DNA of 64,000 nucleotides from Mytilus trossulus (lineage: Eukaryota): assembly GCF_036588685.1 (NCBI RefSeq), contig NC_086375.1:59582001-59646000 (forward strand), in the 5' to 3' direction. Numbering within the stretch: position 1 is the first letter of the stretch; every line of letters begins with the position of its first letter. The notes beneath the pieces are model-generated. The model searched no databases. It was not told where the DNA came from and saw only the letters and a program-made list of their open reading frames with translations. Of this stretch, positions 25,299-38,100 are shown in pieces. A program made the translations under genes and the position numbers.

Positions 25299-28123
25299 AT
25301 GGTAAGCTTTAAATACTGATTACATAAAATATAAACATAAACTGTGTATTTTGTTAAAACCTTTTGTACATAAATGAATATGCATTCGTTCTATGATATT
25401 ATCTTCACGTCTAATCAATAGGGGAAAAACATTGTGTAAAATGTCTTCTGGATTAAAAATTGGTCGGACTTTTTGTTTTGTTGAGAAAATAAAACAATGA
25501 CGTATTAGGTATTTTAATTTTATGAATAGACAGTTTTATAAAGAAGACACCAAAGTATCTTATTTTGAAAAATATTTTACAGGCTTCTTCATTAGGCCAG
25601 GCAGAAAAAGATGGTACGTAAAACAAGTTTTATAAATGATTTTTAAATACACATGCTTCAAATTATTTTACGTTAACTTAGATATGAAGTGACCATTTCA
25701 TTTTTGATTTCTCAGTTTATATTACTCTTTCCATGAAAGTTTATTTATTTATAAGACTTATCCGTTTTTGCATTGACCAAATTGGATTAGACAATACTTT
25801 AAAAGATTATATTCATAAAGGTAAAAATAAACGAACATTCAAGTATATAAACATATTCTGAACTCGTCATTTATAACCTACACAATTTATTCTACATTCT
25901 TAATTTGTTACTTCAGAAATCCGAGATATGTACGATTTATATGACACTGAAAAAGCAGGCAAATTACCACAGGATGACTATGCCACTATAGTTCGTGGTA
26001 TGGGACACAATCCCTCAGAAAAAGAGCTACAAGAAATGTTTCAATCAACAAGACCAGATCGTAAGTGCAACAATAAAATATTTTATACTGTAACCATAAA
26101 GGTCATAAAGAATATGTATCAATTGAATAGTTCTTAGCTGTAAATAATATTCCTTAAGACTGTAACATCATTACATTGATTCTTTTGTGTACTTAACACG
26201 AGTTTGGCGTGCATAATTATAAGCCTGCTATCTTTGACAACCCTTAGTATGCTAGTATGGTTTTTTTTTCACAATATACACCATGGGTATTGAGTTCGGT
26301 GAGTAGATGCTGGATAATGTTTTCTAAATCTAACTTTGGTTAGATTATGTCATGAGGGTGCCATCTGATTCTTACAACTTTCGGGATGAAAAATGTAAGT
26401 TTGATTTGGAGAAGACTTTCCTTGCTGATTAAATCCTGCTCAGTAATCTAGATTTATTTGCTGAAGACTTTCCGAGACATAAAAAGCTGTCTCCAGCAAA
26501 AAATCATGGTTCATCAATTGACCAAGGCGTAAGAATAGTACAAGTCTATTCATATATCCAGATATGAACAAATATTAAACCTTACACAATAGATAGTATT
26601 AGGAATTCATTTTCTGAATTCAAGTATATTATCGGACAATTTCCCGAAAGGTTTCCCTAAGTTATGTATGAGCTCAATGTAAGGTTCTGCTAATCATTGC
26701 AACGATAACATCTAATTTCTACTAAAGGTGCTGGAATGGTGGACTATAGTGATTTCCTCGATGCATATGCAAAGCACTTTAATACCAGAAAGAACGAAGA
26801 ACGAGAAATACGGCAAGCTTTCAGAGTTTTTGACAGAAATGAAGAAGGAATGATAGATGCCAATGAACTGAAACAAATTGTCACAACAAGAGGGGAGCGA
26901 TTATCAGAATCAGAAGCAAAGTCTTTAATTAAAGAGGCAGAGGTGGATAGTCAAGGGAAGATAGATTATGAAGGTGTGTGTCTTATTGCTAATCTTACTA
27001 TGCTATGAGTTTTATTCTTTTAAATCCAGTCACGAAACATTTCTTTCTTCTACTTATGATTTATATTGCGGTATGTTAAATGAGTTTTTAGCAATAATAT
27101 GCCATCATACGAACTTAGTAATTGTATACCAAAAGACTAGTATTGATGCAATAGATATAGGAAGGTGTGGTGTGAGTGCCAATGAGACAACTCTCCATCC
27201 AAATAACAATTTACAAAAGTAAACCATTATAGGTCAATGTACGGCCTTTAACACGGAGCCTTGGCTCACACCGAACAAAAGCTATAAAGGGCCCCAAAAT
27301 TACAGGTGTAAAACCATTCAAACAGGAAAACCAACAGTCTAAAGTGTGAATTGAATTGAATAGAACAACAACGAACATATTTCATCAACGACAAACACCA
27401 CAGGATCCTAAAATCGTTGTTCTTATGGTCGTTAATTGTGAATTTTCGCATTTATCTATTGTTGGCATTACACGGGTTATGTTCTTCTCATATATGTTAT
27501 GATGGTTCTGACATCAGACTCGGACTTCTCTTGAATTGAATTTTAAATGTGCGTATTGTTATGCATTTACTTTTCTACATTGGCTAGAGGTATAGGGGAA
27601 GGGTTGAGATCTCATTAACATGTTTAACCTGTTTAACCCCGCCGCATTTTTGCGCCTGTCCAAGTCAGGAGCCTCTGGCCTTAGTTAGTCTTGTATTTTT
27701 TTAATTTTAGTTTCTTGTGTACAATTTGGAAATTAGTATGGCGTTCATTATCACTGAACTAGTATATATTTGTTTAGGGGCCAGCTGAAGGACGCCTCCG
27801 GGTGAGGGAATTTCTCGCTACATTGAAGACCTGTTGGTGACCTTCTGCTGTTGTTTTTTATTTGGTCGGGTTGTTGTCTCTTTGACACATTCCCCATTTC
27901 CATTTTCAATTTTATCCTATATATAGTTTTGTGTGTGAACTAGAGCATTGTCTGGGAAGCAGGAAGATGGAAGTGTGGTACTATTTCAATTCACTTTCGA
28001 AGTTGTCGACTTATCTATGTGTTCATTTAAATCTAATGATGATTTTATTATAAATGAAAAGAAATATTAAGTTTTAACTTTTCTATTAACGTAGGTTTTA
28101 TGACAAAAATTATATCGGGTTAA
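25299..28123 (+). CDS. Calmodulin-like protein C, 150 aa, with largely degenerate EF-hands: join(25299..25301,25583..25613,25917..26060,26728..26973,28095..28123)
   Basis: Exons of 3/31/144/246/29 bp, GT-AG. Protein: MASSLGQAEKDEIRDMYDLYDTEKAGKLPQDDYATIVRGMGHNPSEKELQEMFQSTRPDRAGMVDYSDFLDAYAKHFNTRKNEEREIRQAFRVFDRNEEGMIDANELKQIVTTRGERLSESEAKSLIKEAEVDSQGKIDYEGFMTKIISG*. Confidence 0.92.
27500..27912 (+). repeat. Abundant interspersed repeat ending ...ttgtctctttgacacattccccatttccattctcaatttta
   Basis: A near-identical copy is at ~46480-46735. Partial copies are at ~680-740, ~50575-50715 and (minus) ~48440-48500. Confidence 0.75.
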
Positions 28124-29179
28124 GTCCTGGCGATTAAAACACTCCTCTTTCAACAATTTCGTCATGTTAGTAGTTGTAAATTAATTGTAGTAATATTCTT
28201 ACTTTCAGATTTGACCAAAGTTATAAAAGTGTAAATGGAGGTCACCTTACGACAAATACAAAGCGTTTGGTGATGCTTAAAATTATCCAAATTGAATCAA
28301 CGATTTTCTCATACTGTTTGATATTGATAAATGACACTATACAATCTACCAATTTTACAATATATTATGTTGTTATTGATTGCAATTCGGTTATAAACAA
28401 AGTCAAATATCACTTCTGTTTTTGTTATAAATGAATAGATTATACTTATATTAAAGCTGTTCTGAATATTTTTTATTTTCAAAACTTTATATCTGTAATT
28501 GTTTTTGAAAACGAAAGCAGTAAAGCATATTAGGTTTACGAGGAACGTAAGGTTTTCTATTGATCGTGCCAATATTCCCTTACTTTTAAAACAATAAAAT
28601 TGAATATTATTTTTCTTCGTGTTATGGGAATTTCCACGTGGATGAATAAGTATAGATCATTAGACCATTGATCGATCGTTTTATATTTTATCTATTTAAA
28701 TAAAAGTTTATGTCAGGGGAAACGACAATAGAATAGCAACCAATGACATAATGAAACCAAATTATAACTGTTGGCAAATATTTCACTCTGGAGTCAATGA
28801 TTTTATTATGCTATTGATTAAACGGTCAATTGACTTTTATTTCAATAATCTTTCACTTTGTATGACGTTTTGCCGACCAGTCAAATAATAGGTCTAGACT
28901 TCTGTTAAAGATAAATGAGTTAACAATTCGCATCTATGGAAAATTTGTTGTTGGCAGTAAAATCTATGACACGACTTAAAGAATTATCTATTAATATTAA
29001 GTACTGAATTGCCGTTCTATTATTAATGTCGTTAGCGAAATGCTCGACGACTCTTTTGTCTTATAAACAATTTAACTGTCCTAGTTTGAATTATATCATA
29101 TTTACAATGCATGAATACGCATATTTTAATGGTAAAATGACAATATATTGCACTGTCAGTAGAAGACAATAGGATCAGC

Positions 29180-32100
29180 ATGGTAAGTTGTTTTATCTCA
29201 AAGAAACATACTATCAAATTCCTGGTTTAGTTGAATACATTTCATTATTTTTTAGATGCAGAATGATTTATTTGTGTATACTTTTAATACTTTGAAAAAT
29301 AATTGGTTGATTTGTAGTATTTTTGTATTATGGTTTAATTAATACTCAAATTTAAATACGAAACATTTTGGTAATATTTGCATAATATTCAAAGCGAATG
29401 CATCAGCGGGGACATACTCACTTATTTTTTTATTTAATGGACAAAAAAGGAACAGCAGAGATATGCAATTTACATTATATTTTTAAATTTAAAAACCTAT
29501 TCCAAATTAGCCAGGTGCCCTTTCACTTTTTCTGTGCCTAATTTAATTTCGGACTTATTGACATTTATCAAAATTAAATATATTCTTCAAACCAGAGACC
29601 AGGTTTCTTACTTTATAATTTGACATTTGACTTATAACGACCAGATATATATCCCTTACTTGACAACACTGTTAATGTGTTTTTTTCCTAAGAATTTCAC
29701 AATATGAATTTAGTTTTTATATTTCTTTTTTATCAATTCTTTTTTATATATAAAAAAAAAGCAGTTTATAAATTTTCTTTGATCGATTGTTTTCGCTGTT
29801 GTGGATATTTCAGAGGTTGCATATCAATAATATGTTCTGAGTGACCGAAATGGAACATTCGATACCAGTTGTTCGATATAAGTTTAACTTATTATTATCA
29901 GATTTCAGCTTTCTCCAATATAGCTAGATTGCATTCTTTTGTATGATTTAATTATCAGGAGTAAATAAAAGGTGTACTTTATAAATAAAAGATGACGTCA
30001 AATTCCAAATATCCCAAAAACACCAAAAGTCAAAAGACATCTAAAAATAAACATACTTTTGTTTTAAATAGACAATTATGTCAAGCACTATTTTTCCAAT
30101 AGTCTATAGAAGTTGTGAATGTTTCAATACTAATGACTGAAAGTTCTCAAACCGAGTTATTTTGTTTGATTTGAAAGTCAAAATGAAAATCCGAAAAAAG
30201 CAACAAACTTAAAATATAAGTCGCATACAAAAAAGACGCATGAAAAAAGTAAAGTCACAAAAATAATGAACTCCGAGGAAAATTAAAAAGGAGAGTCCCT
30301 ATCAAATGGCAAAATCAAATGCTCAAACACATCACACGAATGGATAACAACTGTCATATTCCTGGCTTGGTTGGTCTAACATACAAACAATAATACGCTC
30401 GTGATTTACAAATGTGTATTTTTCATATAAACTCATATTTATACGAAGGCGTGATTGTTTTCATCCTTTTCTGTAGGAATAGATAACCTAACTTGTTTTT
30501 GTCAAAAGCTTTTGGAATGTAAACTCCTCAATGCTCTTCAACTATGTACTGCATTAGGCCCTTTTAACTTGTTTTATTCGAGCGTCAGTGATGATTCTGT
30601 TGGAGACGAAACGCATGCCAGGCGTATAAAATTAATCCTGGTATCTAAGATGAATTTATTTACTTTATTTACAGTCGGGTGAAATAAGCGAAGAGCAGAA
30701 ACAAGGTAAGTCCTCAAAAAACGGTATATATAATACAGTGAATTTGTAAAATCAGGAATATTGAGACTTCAATTTACTTTTTGTTACATGATAAGTTAGG
30801 CAGTGAGGTCGTTGATACAAATCAGATTTAAGAAACTGAATGGGTCCATCAATGCCCATGCTACGTCAATCTTTAAAGACCCAAATGTTGCAAAAGACCT
30901 ATTCGACCTTCATGACAAATATGTTGTTGCCCCCGCTGATAAAGCCCCAAATAACATCGTTGTTGTGTGTAAAAGTCATTACATTACCTGCTTGATAAAC
31001 GAATTAGGTATTGACAATTCACTTGGAAACTCAACATATACCCTAACGACACTTACCAAAGAGAAAATCCTGGATAATCATAGGTCTGTTCTATGTTCCT
31101 TTGGAATTTCAACCAAAGATGAAGAACTGGATTTTCCATCACTGTACTGGATACCTAAACTACATAAGTGTCCTTACAAACAACGGTATATTACTGGGTC
31201 TTCCAAGTGCTCCACGAAACCTCTTTCTAAATTTTTAACATCTATTTTATCAGCAATCAAAGACGGGCTTCAAAGTTATTGTGAAACTGCCTATTCTAGA
31301 GGTGGCGTGAATCAGATGTGAATACTTTAAAATTCCAAAGATCTTTTAGAGTACATACAATCTAACTCTCTTTCATCTTGTAACAGTATCAAAACATTTG
31401 ACTTTTCTACTCTTTACACAAGTATTCCACATTCCAAACTAAAAGACAAATTGAAAGAGTTGGTATTATTTTGCTTCATAAAAAAAATGACCAACGTAGA
31501 TACAAGTATCTTGTCTTAGGGAGGGATAAATCCTACTTTGTAAAGAATCACTCTGATTCAAACAAAAACATTTCTGAAACTGATATTATCAAGATGCTTG
31601 ATTTCTTGATTGACAACATATTTGTTACGTTCGGAGGACGTGTTTTTCAACAGACTGTCGGGATTCAAATGGGGAATAGATTGTACCCCTCTTCTTGCCG
31701 ACTTGTTTCTTTATTATTATGAGGCTGACTCATACCGGATCTTCTTAGAAAGAAAGATAAGAAGTTAGCAATATCCTTTAACTTTACTTTACGCTATATA
31801 GATGATGTTCTCTCAATAAATAATTCGAAATTTGGTGACTATGTTGAACGCATATATCCCATCGAACTAGAGGTGAAGGATACAACAGCTACAATTAAGT
31901 CAGGCTCATATTTTGACTTACCTCTAAAAATTGACAATGAAGGTCGGTTAAAAACAAAACTTTACGACAAAAGAGATGATTTCAGCTTTCCAATTGTGAA
32001 TTTTACATTTCTAAGTAGCAACATCCAAGCAGGACATACATACGGGGTATATATCTCCCAGTTGATACGATATTCCCGTGCTTGCATTTCCTATCATGAT

Positions 32101-35100
32101 TTTCTTGATAGAGGAAGCTTTTAAACCAAGAGTTCCAAATGGTGAAGTTGAAATCATCCCTTCGTAAATTTTACGGACGCCATCACGAGTTGGTTGACCG
32201 TTATGGAATAACCGTTTCACAAATGATATCGGATATGTTCCTTACGTCGTAACTACAATCCCCTTCCCTTTCATGAATGTGACCTATGAAGGTGCCACAT
32301 GTGGAGCAGGATCTGCCTACCCTTCCGGAGCACCTGAGATCACCCTAGTTTTTGGTGGGGTTCGTGTTGTTTATTCTTTAGTTTCCTATGTTGTGTCATG
32401 TGTACTTTTGTTTTTTTTGTTTGTCTTTTTCGTTTTTAGCCATGGCGTTGTCAGTTTGTTTGAGATTTATGAGTTTGACTGTCCCTTTAGTATCTTTCGT
32501 CCCTCTTTTAGGGTGATATGAATCAACTATTACACAATTACCCTGCATTTCGACACAAACCTATTTTGTTCACGTCGATTCTTTTGAAAAACAATCACAT
32601 TTAAAAAAAATAAAATTCGAACAGATATTAAATTGTCAATTCATATGATATATGTTCATATATTATTTCAACTGATCGGGCGGATCTTAGGTTTAATTTG
32701 CATAAGGACAGTCTATTTGAAGATGTGTGTAATAAGAATGATTGACGTTATAATTATTATTGACTTCTAATCACCTGTCATCACAGGAATTAACAAAGTA
32801 ATGACTCGTAACTCCATTGATGAGTTTATCCTAAAACACCTATCTATAGACGGACTGGTTTATCATAAGCCAACCAGTTAAACCCCGCCCAGTTAAGTGA
32901 AATATATTGAGTAATACAGCTGATGGACTCATCAACAGGTAATCAGTGGTTCGAGCCGGTTTCTTTTGTATGATCAATATATATCCTTATGATATATACC
33001 AGATATGCGTAATTCATAAAAAAAAATATGCTAAAAGAAGAACGAAAGATATCAGAGGGACAGTTTAACTCATAAATCGAAAATAAACTGAAAACGACAT
33101 GGCTAAAAATGAAAAAGACAAACAGACAAACAACAGGTTACATAAAATAACATAGAAAACTAAAGAATAAGCAGCACGAACCCCACTAAAACTGGGGTGA
33201 TCTCATGTGCTCCGGAAGGGTAAGCAGATCCTGCTCCACATGTGGCACCCGTCGTGTTGCCCATGTTATATTCTAATATGACGTGCTTCTTTAGCTTTGT
33301 AAAGAAACCATACTTTATTATCCAATAAAATTAGTTTGCACATGCGTATATTGACTTCGGCAGAAAAATGAATTTCATCAAATTGATATGCAGTTAATGT
33401 ATTTCCTTAAATTAAAACACTTTCAAACACTTAAATGATACACATTTTGTTACTAATACTTTTACAATGACAACAATGTGTTACAATTCGTAATTGTCAT
33501 ATTTGACCTAGATACAGCAACGTACATGTTGGCTGTTCTAACTTCAAAACCCCTCCCTCTGAAAAACACGTTTCATCTCTCCTTTTGAAAAGGCATGTCT
33601 TTGTATATCATGTATATAATAATTTCATTGAAACATATGTTCCGACGATAAAACATAAAATATAAAATAAAGTATAGGTTATTACATGTATTACTGTTGT
33701 ACTGAAATGACAAAATTGTTTCATATTTCTGAGAAAATGGATTGACCCTAGCAGGGAATCGAACCCCATTCTCCTATAACAAAAATAGGCGTAATTACCA
33801 ATATACCACCAAGGTTCCCAACCCATTTTACAAATGCAACAAGATTGTCACCCAGTATTAATTTTGATCATCATGTACACGTCAGATGCACAAAGACGTG
33901 CCCTAAAGGCTTTGATCAACTTTACAAGGTGTAGCCACCGCAAGTATTTATATAAATGGATCTCTGTCAAAGGGCCCATCCTGCCAAGTCTCGAATGTCA
34001 GCACAACTTTATTAACATATTAACCAATGCTACACTATTAACCGGCAGAATATTAACGATTAATCTAGTAAATAAAGACCTACCCGATTCTCCTTGTGCG
34101 TCCACCGCCATTGACAACTGACTTGAATATGTGCGTGTCAGAAATTGACGTCAAAGGAAAAGACTGTTGTAATATAGTCCAAATAATTATGACGTCTGGC
34201 AAGGCTATTTTAATTTTTTTCTGGGACGCCTTCCTGCGACAATGTGGGATAAAAAAAAGTCAAAATCGAAAAATACCCACAGCAGACGGCATGATTATCT
34301 GGACTAGTTGTAATATAACTTTTCTGTTATATTGTGACACAAATATTGTTTTAGATAGGCTAATAAATTAAATTTCTGTTTCAATTTTGAATTTTAGAAA
34401 CCTACAACTTTGCGAAATTAAACTGGTTTGAACTAGTTGGATAAAAATCGACAGTGAGGTTGATGGAATAGCCTACACAAAGACTGTACACTTATACACA
34501 GCGAACATAGAAATTACCGTAATTGTCCTAATTAGAATCGAAATAATTGATGCCAGCTATACTTTATTTTAGTTTTAACATGGGTAGGCATTATATTCGT
34601 GTTATTTTAGCCCTCGCTATCGCTCTGGCAAAAATAATCACGAATATAATGCCTACCCATGTTAAAACTACAATAAAGTATAGCTGGCATCAATTATTTC
34701 TTAAACAAAGCCGGTTAATAGTCAAATTCGGTAGTTTACATTCATCACCTGTGAAAACGGTTATTCCATAACGGTCAATCAACTCGTGATGGCGTCCGTA
34801 AAATTTACGAAAGGATGATTTCAACATCACCATTTGAAACTCTTGGTTTAATAGCTTCCTTGTGAGCAACAACCATCTTTCAAGAAAATCATAATATGAA
34901 ATAAAAGCACGAGAATATCGTATCAATTTGAAGATATACACCCCGTATGTATGTCCTGCTTGGATGTTGCTACTTAGAAATGTAAAATTCACATTTGGAA
35001 AGCTGAAATCATCTCTTTTGTCGTAAAGTTTTGTCTTCAACCGACCTTCATTGTCAATTTCTAGAGGTAAGTCAAGATATGAGCCTGACTTAATTGTAGC

Positions 35101-38100
35101 TGTTGTATCCTTCATCTCTAGTTCGATGGAATAGATGCGTTCAACATAGTCACCAAATTTTGAATTATCTATATAGCGTAAAGTAAAGTTAAAGGATATT
35201 GCTAACTTCTTATCTTTCTTTCTAAGAAGATCCGGTATGATGTCAGCCTCATAATAATAAAGAAACGATTTAAAAAAGAAAATGTGGTATTATTGCCAAT
35301 GAGACAACTATCCACAAAAGACCAAAATGACACAAACATTACCAACTATAGGTCACCGTACGGCCTTCAACAATGAGCAAAGCCCATACCGCATAGTCAG
35401 CTATAAAAGGCCCTCATAAGACAATGTAAAAAAAATCAAACGTGAAAACTAACGGCCTTATTTATGTAAAAAAATGAACGAAAAACAAATATGTAACACA
35501 TAAACAAACGACAACCACTGAATTACCAGCTCCTGACTTGGGACAGGCACATACATAAATAATGTGGTGGGGTTAAACATGTTAGCGGGATCCCAACTCT
35601 CCCCCTAACCTAAAGTCGGCAAGAAGAGGGGCACAATTGTTTCCCCATGGGAATGCCGACAGTCTGTTGAAAAATACGTCCTCCGAACGTAACAAATGTT
35701 TTGTCAATCAAAAAATCAAGCATCTTGATAATGTCAGTTTCAGAGAATTTTTTGTTTGAATCAGAGTGATCCTTTACAAAGTAGGATTTATCCCGCTCTA
35801 AGACAAGATATTTGTATCTACGTTGGTCATTCCTTTTTTATGAAATAAAGCAATACCAACTCTTTCAATTTGTCTTTTAGTTTGGAATGTGGAATACTTG
35901 AGTAAAGAGTAGAAAAGTCAAATGTTTTAATACTATTGCAAGATGAAAGAGAGTTAGAATGTATGTACTCTAAAAGATCTTTGCATTTTTTTAAGTATCC
36001 ACATCTGATTTACGCCACCTCTAGAAGATGCGTTTTCACGCACACAAACGATGTTGTTTGTGGCTTTATCTGGGGAATTCTTTTTTTATAAGGTTCAAAT
36101 ATTCAAACATTGCTTGTCGGTATCAATCTGAGCGTTGTCAAGTTAGTGTATGATACACTAAATGAAATAAGATCTATCGTTGAATTTGAAGGTGAATATC
36201 ATACACATCTCAAAGATTGAGGAAAATCTAGAATTGTCTTTGTCCGCGTCTGGTTGATTTGGACGCTTTTGTTGCATGTTTCAGTTCCTCTTCATGAAAG
36301 ATTGGTTAAACATTTTGTCTGAAGCTTACTTTTTAAATAATTTTTATCAGCTGTGCAGAGAAGTTTTTTCTGCTATCTGATACTTTGTAATTTTTTACTT
36401 ACCTACTGAAGATGAACACTGTCGAAAATTGGGGAAAATATACCGGGTATACTATTGTATACTATTGTGCCTTAGCTTATCAAAAATGATTTGTGCTTTT
36501 TGTTTCGAGCTTGACAATTTAGAGTTGTATCGTGCAAATGTATTCGGATGGATTTATTTTGATAGCATGTTTCATGCTGAACTACGGGTTTTTCGTAGTT
36601 GACTACAGCTAGAAATAGTAAGTAGTAAATTTGGGGACAAAAAAAAGATAACATCAATTTTGGTAGTGAGTTATCCTTCTTCACGTAGTAACATTCCAAC
36701 ATTGTTCCCATTTTAACTGATACTCAAGAGAGCTCTGCTTCCCTTTCCTCTTCAGCAATTGAGAGGTATGACTTTGTTTACATGTCGAGATCACCATAAA
36801 ATGAGCACGGAAACGTGCCCAAAGTTCAACCCCGGTTTTGGTGAGGTTCCTGTTATTCAAGCGTTATATTTTCTCTGTAGTTTTGTCTTTTGTTTTTACG
36901 TCTTGTCTTATTATAATTTAAAAATGGTGTCCGTTTTACTTCTTACAATTTTGGTTATTTTGCGACATCTTTTTTTTCACTTTTGGTGTAATAATTTTCA
37001 GATATCAAGGATTGGTTTGACAGATTTGATACAGATAAAGATGGTAAACTGTCTAAAGAAGAAATAACACAATTGTTACGAGTGGTAGGAAATAATCCTA
37101 CAGACGATGATATCACACAAATATTTAAAGAAGTTGACCTAGATGGTTAGTATTGCTAGTTCCGAAAAATTTGAATTCAATTATAAGGACTAGCTATGAA
37201 TCGATAATGAGAATATTGTGTAGGGCATATGCGACAAATATTAATGTAAATAAATATAATATCAATATTAATTGATCACAATGAGTCATTCTGGAATATC
37301 ATTCATGAAATTCTTTTGAGCTCAACAGTAATGACAAAAGTTTTGATTACAAAAATATAAAACGTTTATAAAGGCGCATCTCTTCATAGAGCTTTAAACC
37401 ACAATGATGCAAAGAATGAACCATCATGTTTTCGTCCTTATATGTATGTAATATTTGCCAATAAACATTAGACAGCCAGAAATCCTCCAATACATTCATC
37501 ATATACTTATATATTTATATCAACCGTTTTAGTTTCTTTTACTTTTAGTTGATCAATTTTGAAATCATTCACGTAAGAAATATATTTTTATCATTAGACA
37601 TACAACAAATGTACTCAACCATATTCATTAAAGTATTAAAATTCTAGTCAACCACAAAAATTCCGTACCAACCATGCAGATAAAGGGTTAATTTCGTTCC
37701 TTTCTGGCCCCTGTTGTATTGTACAAATCATCCACCCATTATCAAGTGGGTTACTGTCTATCAAAATTGTTTTAGTTTAAATCAACCGTTGATTGTTGTA
37801 AGTTTTTGTTATTGATTTTTGAGTCTGTTATAGCTTTCTATACGGTGAGGGTTCTGCTAATATTTTGAGGCTGTTCACATGCTTGTTCTTTTGTCCATTT
37901 GATGAATAGTTGTCTCATCGACAGCATACATATCAATGATTTGTCGTCTCCTTGTTATTTGACTGTAAGCATCAAAATATAAAAAATACGTCATTTCACC
38001 AACAATGCATGAATGTTAAAAAAAACTCATCTTCTACATATCACTTGACAATTTCAGAAAACTCATGTTTAATTCAAAATAGCTGTTTTCCAGATCTTAT

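Noticed and set aside
29062-29067. TATAAA as the TATA box of gene D (and similar hexamers near the other genes)
   Set aside because: Such hexamers are too frequent in DNA this AT-rich to support a call without TSS data.
31319-31321. In-frame TGA in the Penelope-like ORF read as selenocysteine
   Set aside because: The sister copy (~36000, minus) has TGG (Trp) at this position, and the ORF has other disabling lesions.
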